From the NCBI GenBank assembly GCA_002633005.1, contig NMRA01000235.1:535697-599696 (forward strand): a stretch of DNA of 64,000 nt, given 5' to 3'. Below the pieces are notes generated by a model that was not told where the DNA came from, ran no database searches, and saw nothing but the letters and a program-made list of their open reading frames with translations. Made by a program: the position numbers and the translations under genes. Origin of the DNA: Phoronis australis. Taxonomy: Eukaryota > Animalia > Phoronida. This document shows positions 1 through 12,640 of the stretch, in pieces (the stretch's first letter is position 1; every line of letters starts with the position of its first letter).

Positions 1-981
1 CTTAAGCCACAAACGAATAATTTCTACCCCATCATGCCGAAGGTTTCAGAATATGAACCCCTAAATACTTGCTGCAAATGCATGTAATTTATTTAAGTAT
101 TCATCGAAAAAGACGCATTATAATTAATTGTAACACTTTACATTTTACGTAAAAATCCACAATGCAGTGACATTTACGAAAAATGTGATAAAGCAGTCCA
201 AGGATACATCCGAGATTCGCGGATCGATGAATAATGGGCAAACATCTATACTGTACCTTTGAAATGTAATGTGCAAATTTCTTCCCACTGGTTGCAGTGC
301 AGAACTTTCCATAAAATTAAGAAATAAATCCTAAGTTAAGTATCCTGATATTACTGTTAGCAACAGTAATTGAAAAGCGATTTTACGATTGTTATGCTGG
401 AAAATATTTTTCATAAAAACAATTTTATGTACTGTATACATAGTGCAAATATTTTTCCTTTTCTCGATTTAGTCGAATGGAAAGTAGGGCTCTGTCGCGA
501 AAGAAATTGCAATTATGCATGATTATATGCAAATTTTGCCACGTGTCTAAGAGCCGGATATTTCTACAGTGTGGCGCAATCGCAAGAAAAAGTCCAAAAA
601 GTTTAGCAATACGCAATGATTCGGAGAAATGAAAAATAGAATGTACGATGTCGGAAACACAAAGTATCGAGTTAGATTGTTTCACCACCTAAACGTTTCT
701 TTTTTAAGTTTTATTCCACGGGCTCAGGTAAATACTACAAACAACAATCAATAATTAGAAATTGAATTAATTACAAATTTATTTGTGCAACTATTGATTA
801 AATTTTGCGTAATACAAAATTAGTTGAAAACAGTCGCAGTTATCTGCATACATAGGCCATGCAATAGCGGAGTTGCAACGCCGCCATATTGGAAATGAGT
901 CAGAATGTTGCATTGTGGTTAAGCCGGTAAACAAGTACGTCGGCAAGCGAGGAGGAAAACCGGCCACAGGGAGCTAATACG

Positions 982-1209
982 TGTTGTGTGCCTGGCTGCT
1001 ATAATACAAGTTTTAGAGATAAAGAATTTAGTTACTACCTGTTTCCCAAGGATAAAAACTGCGTTAAACATGGGTCAGACACATCGGTAGAGCTGGTAGC
1101 CGACTCATCAGTGAATTCTTTCCTACTTCGCAGCATAAAGTATACAACGCTCATTTTGGGGGCGGCAAGAAAACGTTCCTTGAAAACTAACCAACAATAT
1201 TTTCCTTGA
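982..1209 (+). pseudogene. Degenerate THAP zinc-finger domain (DNA transposon remnant)
   Basis: Reads CCVPGCYNTSFRDKEFSYYLFPKD, then after a frameshift LR*TWVRHIGR...FFPTSQHKVYNAHFGGGKKT...PTIF. This matches the THAP pattern CxxxxC..FP..W..[C]xxHF..PTIF, with a frameshift and stops. A possible degenerate inverted pair flanks it: atagcggagttg (~864) and caactccgtat (~1678). Confidence 0.75.
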
Positions 1210-1812
1210 AAGAAACAGTATCAACAGACGGATGGAAGTGAAAAGAAATTGTTTTTGCTTGACCAGAACTAAGCTAACATGAGTAATTTTGAGGATAATG
1301 CTTCTGCACAATCCCCTATTCTGGGTGGACTCAATTAACGTACGCACACTACATGCATAAACGCGCTAAGATAAAGCGTGCAGAGTGTTGGTATTTACTT
1401 TCTACAAAATCGTGGTGCATTGCTATCAAAATTCGTTGTTAAATTATGATCATTTTTCAGAAAATTGTACTGAATTTCTAGGGCGAAGTCTCGCCGACAA
1501 ATGCGCAGCTGCCGGTCTCGCAATCGTCGATAGGCTTGAATTTTTGAATAAAAATACAGCTTCGACTCAACAAATTACCTGAAATCCTACTCAAGTTTCC
1601 AAATGACGTCTCCAAGATTTTTAAGTTCTTGTGTAGTCTGGATTAACTGCAGACATTGACTATAGTATATGGACCGCCAACTCCGTATACTTTCAATGGA
1701 CGAAATCTGTGACCTTACGCACAAGCCCTTACGTCATTATTCACAGGCGACATCTGGCTAAATTATCTGGTGCAATTTCCGGCAAGTATGTCGTCTGCTA
1801 ATCTTAGTCGGC

Positions 1813-1998
1813 TACTGTGTGGCCGGTTGTTCGGCCACACACGCGAAATGCAATGGAATTAGCCTCCATACCATCTGAAGAGCCCATAATCGGCTGTGGG
1901 AAGAAAACCTTACTTCTTGTGTCAACGTGAATGGCAGTTGTTTCAGCAATAAGACTTTATACATTTGCTCAAGGCACTTCGAAGATGAAGGTTTTTAA
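1813..1998 (+). pseudogene. Second degenerate THAP domain
   Basis: YCVAGCSATHAKCNGISLHTI*RAHNRLW...TLYICSRHFEDEGF* carries the THAP motifs CVAGC, SLH, W and CSxHF, with an internal stop. Confidence 0.7.
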
Positions 1999-2751
1999 GA
2001 GACTGTACTACTTAGTCTAAATCCTGTCTTCACTATTCCATTTTTGTTGTCTCCGTTTTGATAAAAACTATCTGGTAAACTTTTTGACGAAAATTATGCG
2101 CTAAATTTATTCCAAAGGTAGTGACTCGTAAACTCCTGTCCTTACGAGGAAGTTCAGCCTAGTGTGTGAATTAACCAAATTACTCTTCACTGGCCCTGAT
2201 CAGACGGTTGGTCTCACCAGAATGCGCACATTTGGCCAGGATTTGGATCTGCGATTTCAACACATTCACATTCGTGTACAAATAAATAGAACGCTGGTAA
2301 AACCTTTAACAGCAATAAAGATTATATTAATACTTCATAAATAAGCACCCGGACCAGACAAAATCTATCTCGCAATTCAACAGCAGGTTACACACTCATT
2401 CATTGTCGAATATATGCCGCACAAAATCTCTCGACTGCCGTCTATGAAAATGCAACCAACTTCTTTGAAAACATGGAACAGGAACACCAGCGGGGTGTAA
2501 ATGTTGTTTTTATTCCTCAATGATAATTTTCTTTGTAATCAGACATATGGTTTTTAAATGTTCGCCTTAAGTCCTAACATTTTTAAGCTTAAGCCTTTCA
2601 AACGAACGTTTATGACGAAAACAAAATTCTTCAACCAGTTTTGTAAAGTCCTTTGCCACCTGTAGGGTACATAATGAGCCAATCCCCCTCCTAATGTAAC
2701 AAAAGGGTCCCGTGCATAAAGGATACTAAGTATTGCCCTTCTGAAATATTA

Positions 2752-5620
2752 CCGTATGCGCCCTAATAAGCGGCCAGGGTGCTTAGAAAAATCCGCTTCA
2801 TGAAGGTGGCACTTATTATAGCCCAAAAGGTGTTGAAACACGGTCTCCAAAACAGGTGAAATTGTAAGCTAGAATTCATCAAAGTTACGCTCTGTGACGC
2901 ATCTGTAACCTATGAACAGAGTTTCTACAAAACTGCAGTGCATTGCTATCAAACTTTGTTGTCAACTTACGAGCATTTTTCAGAAAATACCACCGCCAAA
3001 AATTGCCGTGGATCAGGTTTCAAGCTCCTCAGCTTGGTTTAACTATATATTAATAAACCATAAAAATGGTTCCAAGCGATTACAGCAATGCCTGCGCTCG
3101 TCTAATAAATGTGTATCATGCAGCTCCTGGTTTAAAAAAAGGTCTGTTTTTTAATTTTGGTTCGGTATAAATAACGCCACAGACCTGGAAATCCAGCGAA
3201 ACACTTCTACCTTACAAATCTGACAATCCTTAATATCAGAAAATTTGAGCACCCGGCAAAAGATACTAATGATGAAATTCTGGTTCAATTTGAAAGACTT
3301 GGTAAAATGAAGCCCATTCGAGTAAGCATCATGTGGGTCCCAATGCTAACCCAATATATGATAGAACCCAACAAGCTCAAGTTGCTGTCAAATCAGGATG
3401 GGCATAAATAAGGAAATTTACTGTATCAACAGATTGGCCAAATAAGAAAAAGATACAAAGTGTTGCTACAGTGCACGATACTTGGTCTATTATTTTCCCG
3501 CCGTAAATGCATGAACCAATCACTGGCTGATCACCAATGGTACAAAGTTTTCGAAAACAGCTCGATTTTTAGGGAGTCCTGTTTTAATGTTTTATTTATT
3601 TTCAAAACTTTATTGTCTTACATTTAGTTTATTTTCTGTTCAACTCAATGAAGCCACCTAATATGAATGCATTCAATACAGTTAATGCATTGTGAAAACC
3701 AAAAGTTATGGTCTATCAACGTTAGACACAATCAGTACACCCCTTTCATAAAAAAATGTGTTAAAAGTTAGAAACAAAGGACACAAGTTTCCATCTTTTG
3801 TAACGTCGATTTTCGACATTGATGTTGGGGAGGAACAACAGTAATCACACGAAGGCGATGATTTTCAGAATTTGATTTGTTTTCGTAGCCATGTCTTCAT
3901 TACCTATAGTTCAGCGCTACTTCTGAATCCAGGAACAAGAACTGAAAAAGGCAGGGTTCGTGATAACTTTGGAGAACGGGTAACATTTATATAAGGTGAT
4001 ACAACTGTCATCGATATTGCCATCTTCTCTGTTTTGATCCAACCTTCCCAGATGAAAACTTGAATGAAGAGGACCTTCAGTACTTGAGTGAGCATGGTAT
4101 ACTGTGTGATTTACGTTGAATTATTCAACGGTTGTTTTAAGAACCATTTCACGCTATACCTACAACCAACGGCCCTTTAAGGGCCACTCAACACTTCCCA
4201 GAAGAACTGCTCACTTGATAATGTTGATTGATGAACATGCTTTCGTAGTTTTCTCAGTAGGCCTATGTGAACCATAAATCAAAAACTGTCCGATAACTAT
4301 GTTGCTATGGGGCAAGCAGACGACATAATGGGTCGGCACCGAAGTTTGAATTTTGTAATTAATTACCAGTAGCATTGCCAAAAGTACACACAATACCAAC
4401 ACTTCTACTATTCAAAGACTTTGAAAAGCGTTTCAATGCCGAAATTAATATAAATTAATATGTTTTCGTTGTTTTGGACAGTAAAGTAGATGCAAGTACA
4501 TGTATTTCTCGTCAAAATACACTGACCGGAAACTGCAGCAGATATGTCATGAGAGTTCAACTCAGCACGTAAGGATATGCCGGAGTTGCGAATCTGTTGT
4601 CTATAATCTATGCTGCAGATTAAGTCCAAATCTGCGCTAGATTGTAATGTAGGTCGCCACGCGAGAAAAATCTCTGGAGGAACACACTTGTTGTTGTCAC
4701 GTGACGTTTGTTTTGAAGTTTGTATTCTTGTGTGTGAGAGTAAGCGTGCGTGTAGTTGTCGTCAGAGTTCATTTGCCAGAGTAAATGCCATGAAATGCTC
4801 TAGGTGTGCATTGTATCCAAAGAATTTAACTCAAGCAGTCGAGCAAATCGTGTTTTAATATTTAGTTTAGCACTTGCTGGCCTCATCTGCTAAAGAACGT
4901 TCGAGAATCGTTTCGGTAAGACCGATATGTCACTCATTGAGTCGCCGGTTGAGTGGAAGATTCGGTGGGTAAGGGTGCGCCGTGTTTACTATCAGTGGGT
5001 CATTTTGACTTTAAAAACACCAATTATGATTAGTTAAATAATATCACTTAAAAATAGTGCAATTTTTTGGGCCATTAGAAACTTTCGGAAATTAGTTTCA
5101 ATATTTATTACTTGCCGATGCTATGTTACCCGTTTCATGAATAGATAGTTCCCGACTAAATGTTTTCGATGACAGCCGGTACATTTTGCAGCGCGCGTTT
5201 CTTGGCCGCGTGCTATTACTGGTCGAGTTTTTTATTAGTCTTCGATTCAGGGTTTTCACGTGTACAAAGAAGTTTGTATTCCTGTTGATGCCGGAGAAGA
5301 TCTGTAGCGGAAAGAAACAATGTAATCCCTCTGACAAGTACGCTGCGTCTGTTTTCAAAATCCAGACCCCCGTAGTGGGGCACATCCCTCGCAAGAGCAA
5401 CAAAACTTTTGCGTTCTTTTTGAATCGCGGCGTAAGTTTGAAGTGTATACGGACATAACGGTGAGGCTGGTGGTCTACAAATTCAGGACTGTTGGATCTT
5501 TCAATTGATAAATTCGAGACGTTAGAACTCTAGGTAATGCATTTTTCGCATGTAGTTCATGAGCTGGGCGCGTGTCGGGGCACTTGTTGGGGCATGGGCG
5601 CTTATTAGGGGAAATAGCAG
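2752..5620. mobile_element. Non-autonomous Tc1/mariner (pogo-like) DNA element bounded by degenerate TIRs, carrying a HIRAN-like remnant
   Basis: Left end ta|ccgtatgcgccctaataagcggcc. Right end gggcgcttattaggggaaata (5596-5616), whose reverse complement is tatttcccctaataagcgccc. Confidence 0.5.
5239..5495 (+). pseudogene. HIRAN-like domain remnant
   Basis: Pieces across frameshifts and stops: SSIQGFHVYKEVCIPVDAGEDL*, NPSDKYAASVFKIQTPVVGHIPRKSNKTFAFFLNRG, and GHNGEAGGLQI. These match the pattern RGxHVY..GE.L..N..D..AV.V..VGH.P..FL..GGL. Confidence 0.7.
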
Positions 5621-5753
5621 CAGAATTACATACAGCAGCTTAGTTTAATGCACCCAAATCACACGTCGTACAAACCAATCGGCCATTCTACATACCCTAA
5701 TCAACCCCAATAATCTTTGCGCACCCTTATTTCCGGACATACGCGATCGTTAA

Positions 5754-6413
5754 GGAGGCACAGAACAGTTCTCACTGGGTTTTGCCTAGCAAAACACACA
5801 TCACTTGATTTGTAACCTTTTCTTCACTCTGTCAAAAACAGGATGCATAGAATGGCATGTTTTCAATTATTTCACATAAAAATCCCAGCAGATGAGCACA
5901 GAAACTTTATTCTTTATTGTATTTTTGACCACTTCATTCCCACTGAAAACCAAGCTAGACTAAGAAAAATAAGGGCAAAAAAATGCAAAATCGGCACTTT
6001 TCACCCGAAAAACACCACTTCCCTGCCGATGCACGACTAAAACCAACATTAGAGTCTGAAAGCACATTTCCTACCGATTCCGAAAATGTGGTCCAAAAGT
6101 ACTGTCAACTGACTAGTTTTTTGGCAATTCTTGCTTGTTTGAGGGCTACCTAAAATCACAGCCAATTTCTCGGTCGCTACCCAACAATGCACAATTGCAG
6201 CCGGGGGCCGCCATCTTGAAGAAGAGTGCAGCTACAGCCAAGAAAGTGGCCTTCTTTATTCACAGCATGTTCACAAATACAAATAAACAACATTCACTGA
6301 GCCTACGTGCAATTCCCACCTACAAAATGCCCACAAACTTGGATTACCCCAAAATTTCTATATTTTGGGAGTGCAAATTGGCCGCGGCCGCAGCCTAACT
6401 ATTCTGTGCCACC
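5754..6413. mobile_element. Kolobok-type non-autonomous element (TTAA target)
   Basis: ttaa|ggaggcacagaacagtt ... aactattctgtgccacc|taaa: a 15/17 TIR with purine-purine termini and TTAA/TAAA flanks. Confidence 0.65.
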
Positions 6414-6454
6414 TAAATCGATTCGGTTGCATCTCCGCTATTGCGTAATACAGG

Positions 6455-6570
6455 CACACACACACACACGCACACGCACACATATAAACAGAATCAATCA
6501 CAAACACACGCACAAGCACAAACACACACGCGCGCGCGCATACACACACGCTCGCGCGTATACACACAAA
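6455..6570. repeat. Degenerate (CA)n/(CG)n microsatellite
   Basis: Visible dinucleotide runs. Confidence 0.9.
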
Positions 6571-8754
6571 TATGCGAATACGAGTATTCCTTGCAATGTT
6601 ATGTAGGTTGTCGAACTTCTTCTAAGACCGGAGGGGAAAAAATATCAGAGACAACGGTCAAAGTTCGGTGTGTATAACGTAATTGGCGACTCTGCTATTA
6701 AAGTTTCCCGGTAAATGGTGTTGCCTGGAAGTGTACCTCGAGAGTCTTGTTCGTTGTAGCCAAATGGCAAACTCAAAAAGAAGTAATAAAATTAGACTTG
6801 ATTTCAAAAGTACAGCTCTCTATCACTCAGACGCGCAGACAACCGGGAATTTACAGTACAGTCTCGCGGGTATTCTTGGAGTTGCACCCCCTAACAAGAC
6901 AAAGCAATGTACATTGGTCATGTGAGGGAGTTGGTATTCTACGGCTAGAGCTTTATGAAAACAGTCGTGTTCGCTTGGCGTAATTTAAAACGAAATTTGG
7001 TCCATTGGAGAAGTTCAGAGTGGCACTTGCTTTGTACCAGTCTTTGCTGATTTTGGGCATTTCAACCCACGTCTGGAATGGTCCACAGGTTGTACGAATC
7101 CTAAAAATAAAAGATTGTGTGAGACCAAGGACTTCAACAAACTACCACAAAGTAGCATAAAACCACTGTGACGTTTTAGACGGAGACAAAACTCTCCAGA
7201 ATATTAAAATCATTTGAAAATTTTCTGTCAATCGGACTATTTTTACAAATCTAAAATGCCAGAGTGGTACCTGAAATTCTTGGTGAATACAACTTCAAGC
7301 TTGCAATCAGTTAAGATTTCATTAGACTCTTCTTAACAAAACGTGGGTTCACTGCCTGCTATGTTATAAGAGCAACCTGAAAGCCATGCCATCCGTGGAC
7401 TTTGCACGCAACAAGACTTTCATAACGGCAATGTTAAAAGTAGCCAGTTTTTGAGAAAAAGTGCGAGGTAAATTTAACTATGGCACACGGATGCCTAGTG
7501 TTCATTTACTGTCAACCTCAATTCTATACATAGTTGTTCATGTCAATCTAAATTCACTTACATGGGCACCAGCAAATTCTCTATTGAATAATTACTAAGG
7601 AGAATGGAAATTGTTAGTAAAGTAAGACAAGCGGCGATGACATTTTTTTTCTTTGTTAACAGATCCCCGAAATAGCTTTGGGAGATCTGTCGAGTCGTCT
7701 GCATCGCGCCTGATGTCTGGGGCCATGGTTTTGGCGCTTGCTGTCATTACCTTATTAACACGCATGAATTCAGCTCGTCCATGATGGAACCATGTCTTGG
7801 AAACCAGTGAAAACAATGTAAATGTACGTATAAACTGTTTGCATATATGTAGAATGAAGCGAGTGGGTTATACACTTGGGAGTAAAGTTTTTTAATTGGC
7901 CTCGATACTTCTGGTATTGGTATAACAGCCAGTAGACTTTGAACTTCTGGAGGTTTAATGGCTTCTGCTATTCTAACACGTTAATTCTCATTCATCAGCG
8001 TACGTGTCAAATGTACTGTAAACACCCCCGCTTCAAGTTGCACACTTTCTGTAATTTGGAGTCTCTTCTGATGAAACAATAATGCCTCGTTTGTTTTAAG
8101 ATACACGATTAAAAATACCAGTCACGCTTAACGTCAGCAAATTGACGTTAATTAACAGTCAATTATAATCAACAGTAACCTATATAGTTCATTGAAACAT
8201 ACAGGAGGAACAACAGTTAAATACTGATCAACATTTACGACATTTAATCTTAAATCATTTTAAATGACCGAGCATGGAAATATTAATATCAACATATTAC
8301 TAGCCTGGCTGAGAGATGATTGCTTCATTTGAACAGAATCAGTCACTGACAGCCTTTTAAGTCTCTGTGATCTTTTCTTTTTGCAGGCATCACGGCGCAG
8401 ATGAGCATAGAGGATTTGAACTAAATAATCTTGGAATCAAACTCAAAGAACAATTAGTCGTCTAAAATTTACACCTTCCGCTTACCTTCACAATACGAAA
8501 GTGACATTAAAGTATTTTGCTGCATTCTATCGTTTCACCGTTGGTGTTGAGAGGTTTGCTACAAGTTCAGAGTATTACAGAAAAACAATTTCAGAAATTG
8601 TTTCCCAAAATGGCGAAAGCGTCTGCATGGGTCATATCAATTCAAATGTGAAATGTGGTTTTCACCACGACCTTATAAACGATTTTTCACATTTTTCCGA
8701 TATAACACCAAACTAAAATTATTTTAAAAGGATGTGAGTTCCATAAGCAGTGCA

Positions 8755-8757
8755 ACA

Positions 8758-8805
<48 letters not shown>

Positions 8806-8825
8806 TATATATTCATATATATATA
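8755..8825. repeat. (CA)n plus (TA)n microsatellite
   Basis: Visible dinucleotide runs. Confidence 0.95.
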
Positions 8826-9177
8826 TTTCACTGAAGTCAAGACTTTGATGTGTTTTTACGAGTTTAATTTCAGTTCTTTCAAACTCTCTAAATAGAAATT
8901 TTGTCTTTACGTCGGACCAGTGCAATAAAAGTTCAAAGCACACTAGTCTTCAAATAATGTTTGAAAAAAAACTTGTTTGAAAAGGTAGCTAACTGGAACT
9001 CGAAGGACTATTATTATTTAGTTGATCTGTGCATTGTGATGAACAATAACGTGTGTATATTTATATAATGTGTGTTTTTATCGTCATAGTTGCGCATACC
9101 AACTTCACGTGTTATATTACATTTGTCATTTCTGATGTGCATTTCATTGTGACCTAATTATAAATAGTAGCCTTAAG

Positions 9178-9178
<1 letters not shown>

Positions 9179-9240
<62 letters not shown>
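9179..9240. repeat. (TA)n(TG)n microsatellite
   Basis: Visible dinucleotide runs. Confidence 0.95.
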
Positions 9241-9241
<1 letters not shown>

Positions 9242-9340
9242 TTCATTGAAAACACCACATTGATCTGTTTTACTAGTTTAATTTCAGTTCTTACCAGCTC
9301 TCTAATTAGAGATCTTGTCTTTACATCGCAACAGCGCAAA

Positions 9341-9420
9341 AATCCAAACGACATCAGTAGGTAGCATATTTTAAAAAAACGATATTTCGAGACACTTATC
9401 TCATCTTCAGGCTTCTATTT
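9341..9420 (-). ncRNA. Hammerhead ribozyme motif (Penelope pLTR type)
   Basis: Minus strand reads aaatagaagc CUGAAGA u GAGAU-aagu-GUCUC GAAA uaucg...ugau GUC guuuggauu. It has the conserved core, a 5-bp stem II, a 6-bp stem III, a GUC cleavage triplet (plus 9350-9352) and a short stem I. Confidence 0.7.
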
Positions 9421-10117
9421 ACAACTAGTTCACAGTGAAACGCACATCAGAAATGACAAATGCAATGTAACAAGTGAAGTTGGCATGCGCAACTATGACG
9501 ACAAAAAATAAAAATATACATACGTTGTTGTGCAACATAATCTATAGATTACCGAAATAATGAAAGAGTCCTTCGAGTTGCAGTTAGCTGCTAGTACAAA
9601 CTGGGTTTTTCAAACAATATTAGAAGCGACTCTAATGTTCGTAACCTATGTGCAGCATTTTCAGCGTATCTAATGACATTATTGTCAACATACTCATGAC
9701 TTTTATGGAACCGTTTTGTAAATGTATTGAAAGTCAGGGTGACACGGAACACACTGTGTGCCCAATGTAATTTTGTTTCTGATGTGGACGAAAACATTCG
9801 ACCGCGGGACAAGTAAACTTATAAACAACATTACATCTAGCAACAATACGGACCTTCTCACGACTAATATTGTTTCTCATCACTAAATTAGATGTCTTCA
9901 TATTCTTGTAATAACTAATTACATCTAGTGTGTCATTAGGACTAATAACTCTTACATTATTATAGATTATGTTCTTTAGGACTTGTTCATCTTGTACATA
10001 ATTTTTGGACATACCATTTTAGTAGAACCTCGCTCTCGTTCAAATACTTATGCATATCACGAATCTCGATATAATAACCACTAATACAAACACGTAGATG
10101 TACGTTGTATAGAGATG

Positions 10118-10126
10118 TGTATATAT

Positions 10127-10218
<92 letters not shown>

Positions 10219-10236
10219 TTAATATATATATATATN

Positions 10237-10297
<61 letters not shown>

Positions 10298-10298
10298 A
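10118..10298. repeat. (TA)n microsatellite with an assembly N
   Basis: Long TA run containing an N near 10237. Confidence 0.95.
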
Positions 10299-12446
10299 TT
10301 CAATGCTCAACATATAAAGCTATGCACGCACTGCACATAAACAGGTATACACATACTACAGAGCTATTTCTGTTTCAAAACTTTATACAGAGTCGCTCGT
10401 AGTGTCGAAACAATCCTCTTTCTTTGGGACTCAGTTGCATAAAAGTTATACGCCGCATAGCTAAATTGACGTTGCATTATCATGCGTCAGGTTGTTATTG
10501 TTGAACAAACGACCTGACGTCATGCAGCGGATAAATTTTGAAGCTGTATACAACTCAGTCCAGGTGTGCAGCGATGTAGAAAAATTCCGACAGAAATAAA
10601 AGACAGAGTTTGTTAAAACTATCATTCCACGAGAGCACCAAAACGTCGACTCTAGGGTCAACAACTCAGATCTTGAATACAATACGTACACATGCATCCT
10701 GGTTGGATATGTTAGAAATACCATTATTTTCAAGTTAGAACATCATCAATGTTTTGGCCCAAAATAGGTCATTTTTGGTTCAAAAAGGTTCAGATAGTGA
10801 AGTTGTTTTAAAACGGTTTAAAAGTACGGTGAAGAAAACAAATTTACAGTTTTTATGTAGTCACTGAATTTCTCTTTCAGAAAACAATCTTAGAATTTCC
10901 AAAGTAGTTTCCGTTAACCTTCAAGGGTGTGTCAAGCTCGAAATAAGAAATTTGGCCAAAGCTTTTTCATCGAGAAAACGGTGGAATATGAATGTCTGAG
11001 AACGACTTTTCAATATTAATCAACTGTAGTTCCTTTACGGTATTTTGTTTCGTATAATTTTGAACCTGGGGATGACTTGTTTTGATATCGAAACATCGTC
11101 ATATTATTCAGCAAAAAACAAAAACTTATAATATCTACATGCACGTTTTCAAATCTGTCGAACCTGTCTAGCACTATATAAAAGCTCATGCCTCTATTAT
11201 GTGCCCCCGCACCCCCGTCAGGTGCTACCTTATTACTAGATAGTGATTACGTAAATCATATAGTCACTTCAATTGAGTTTTGCTTTTTTATAGCATGCTT
11301 TAACATGCTGTAAAAATCTTTTAACCGATTCCACAGAAATCTGATTTTGTCGCTTTTGCCTCACTGAAATGAGAGGTAAAAAGGACCTTTTTGAAATATT
11401 GGACACACGGCTTTCAAGATGTTTATTGTAGCTAAGGTTTGCAGCTAGCAAAGTGACTTCAGTACAAATTAAAAACTATAATGATTCTAACAGCCTTTGG
11501 CCACAGTAAGTAATTTAGAGTGTACTTTGGAAATTTTCAACAATACATGGTGAACAGGGCTCCCGTTTAGTATAAAAGTAGACATGAATAATTGTTACCA
11601 TGGTGACTCAGTACCATACAAGTTTTAGTCCTTAAACACGCAATCGACTAGCATGATAGTAAATAATATGTAGCGATGACGTAGGGTTCAGATGAGCTTC
11701 GAACATCATAATCCAAATGTAACCCATTTATGTAAATCAAGTATGATTTTCACATTTCGTTGCTTTGATATACATGTATCTTGAAGTAGATTGTATTAAC
11801 TAGTTACAAAGCACGAAGCAAAAGCGCATTTAGTGGTTAGAATGTAAAAAATATGCTGAAAGTGTCAGTAGCCTTGTACTCATCAACTGGAAAGAATTGA
11901 ATGGGGTTCCTGCGAGGATAGGAAGAACTCAGCGTGTGAAAGCAAGTGTAAATTCACCACGATATACCCGTAAACTTATCAGGACAACCTAGCAAAATGT
12001 AGGCCACCCTAACAAAATCTAGATAATCTTTGCAAAATCTATAACACCCTTGCAAAGTCTAGGCCACTGATTTTTTGCCGTTCCAGAAGCTCAGCCTTTA
12101 TTACCTCACAAATTTACATGCAACCGTCAAGGCGCAGCTCTTCAAAGCACTATTCATGCGCTAATAAATACGACGAAATAACATCAATTCAAGAACGCAA
12201 AAAGTGAATCACATTTAATAACTCATAAAATTTGGTAATAATTCGACATTCCATTCTCAGCAACCTACATGTATCTCGTCAGTGATCATTTTGGTGCTTG
12301 ATGCAAACATTTGCCTATAACTATCAGCTGCACTGCGTGACTGATTTGCAAACCTTTTCACTTTGCATCAATTATTGTGCGCTAAAGGGTACAACTTATT
12401 GTTTGATAGTCGACATTATGCAGAGGGGCGGAGCTTGCGATAGGTT

Positions 12447-12622
12447 ACTTGGGGTGCTAAAGCTAAAACTAAAGCCTAATCAAAAGGAATTTTAGCAAAT
12501 GTCCCAGATTTTGAAACCGCTGTTTCACTCGTTGTACAAAAGAATGTGTTGAATCCGTTGAGAGAAATAACTACCAAATTGAAGCAGTGCGATATGGATG
12601 TCAATGCTGGTTACTCAAGTTG
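12447..12622 (+). pseudogene. hAT transposase fragment
   Basis: TWGAKAKTKA*SKGILANVPDFETAVSLVVQKNVLNPLREITTKLKQCDMDVNAGYS resembles the hAT (THAP12/ZMYM1-like) segment W..T.TKA.GLL..F.F.V..VL..T.KLQ..D..AY. Confidence 0.6.
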
Positions 12623-12640
12623 GATATGCAAAATAATACA

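Larger units (their letters stand above)
8826..10100 (-). mobile_element. Penelope-like retroelement 3' part: GIY-YIG endonuclease remnant plus pseudo-LTR in direct and inverted partial copies
   Basis: Minus-strand peptides RCNVVYKFTCPAVECFRPHQKQNYIGHT and RLRTLESLLILFEKPSL are GIY-YIG signatures. About 8950-9180 is the reverse complement of about 9403-9630, and 8826-8945 is a direct repeat of 9241-9355. The element is embedded in CA/TA microsatellites. Confidence 0.85.

Noticed and set aside
3215-3390. RVSIMWVP resembling a LINE RNase H motif
   Set aside because: It is a single short motif, and the following H..GNE motif is absent.
6956-7800. Possible minus-strand exons (IRTTCGPFQTWVEMPK..., TWFHHGRAEFMRVNK)
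   Set aside because: The phases do not join into a long frame and I recognise no homology.
7990-8150. L1 endonuclease-like start on the minus strand (NLLTLSVTG)
   Set aside because: Too decayed, with no QET or GDFN motifs.
9987-10317. YI/HT/VC-rich ORFs (also near 6.4, 40.7, 47.7 and 53.7 kb)
   Set aside because: They are translations of dinucleotide microsatellites.
11064-11102. Second hammerhead-like string cctggggatgac...atcgaaacatcg
   Set aside because: The core is mutated (CUGGGGA), the stems are poor, and there is no cleavage-site pairing.
11828-11960. tRNA or SINE-like A box (tagtggttaga)
   Set aside because: No B box or cloverleaf can be seen.
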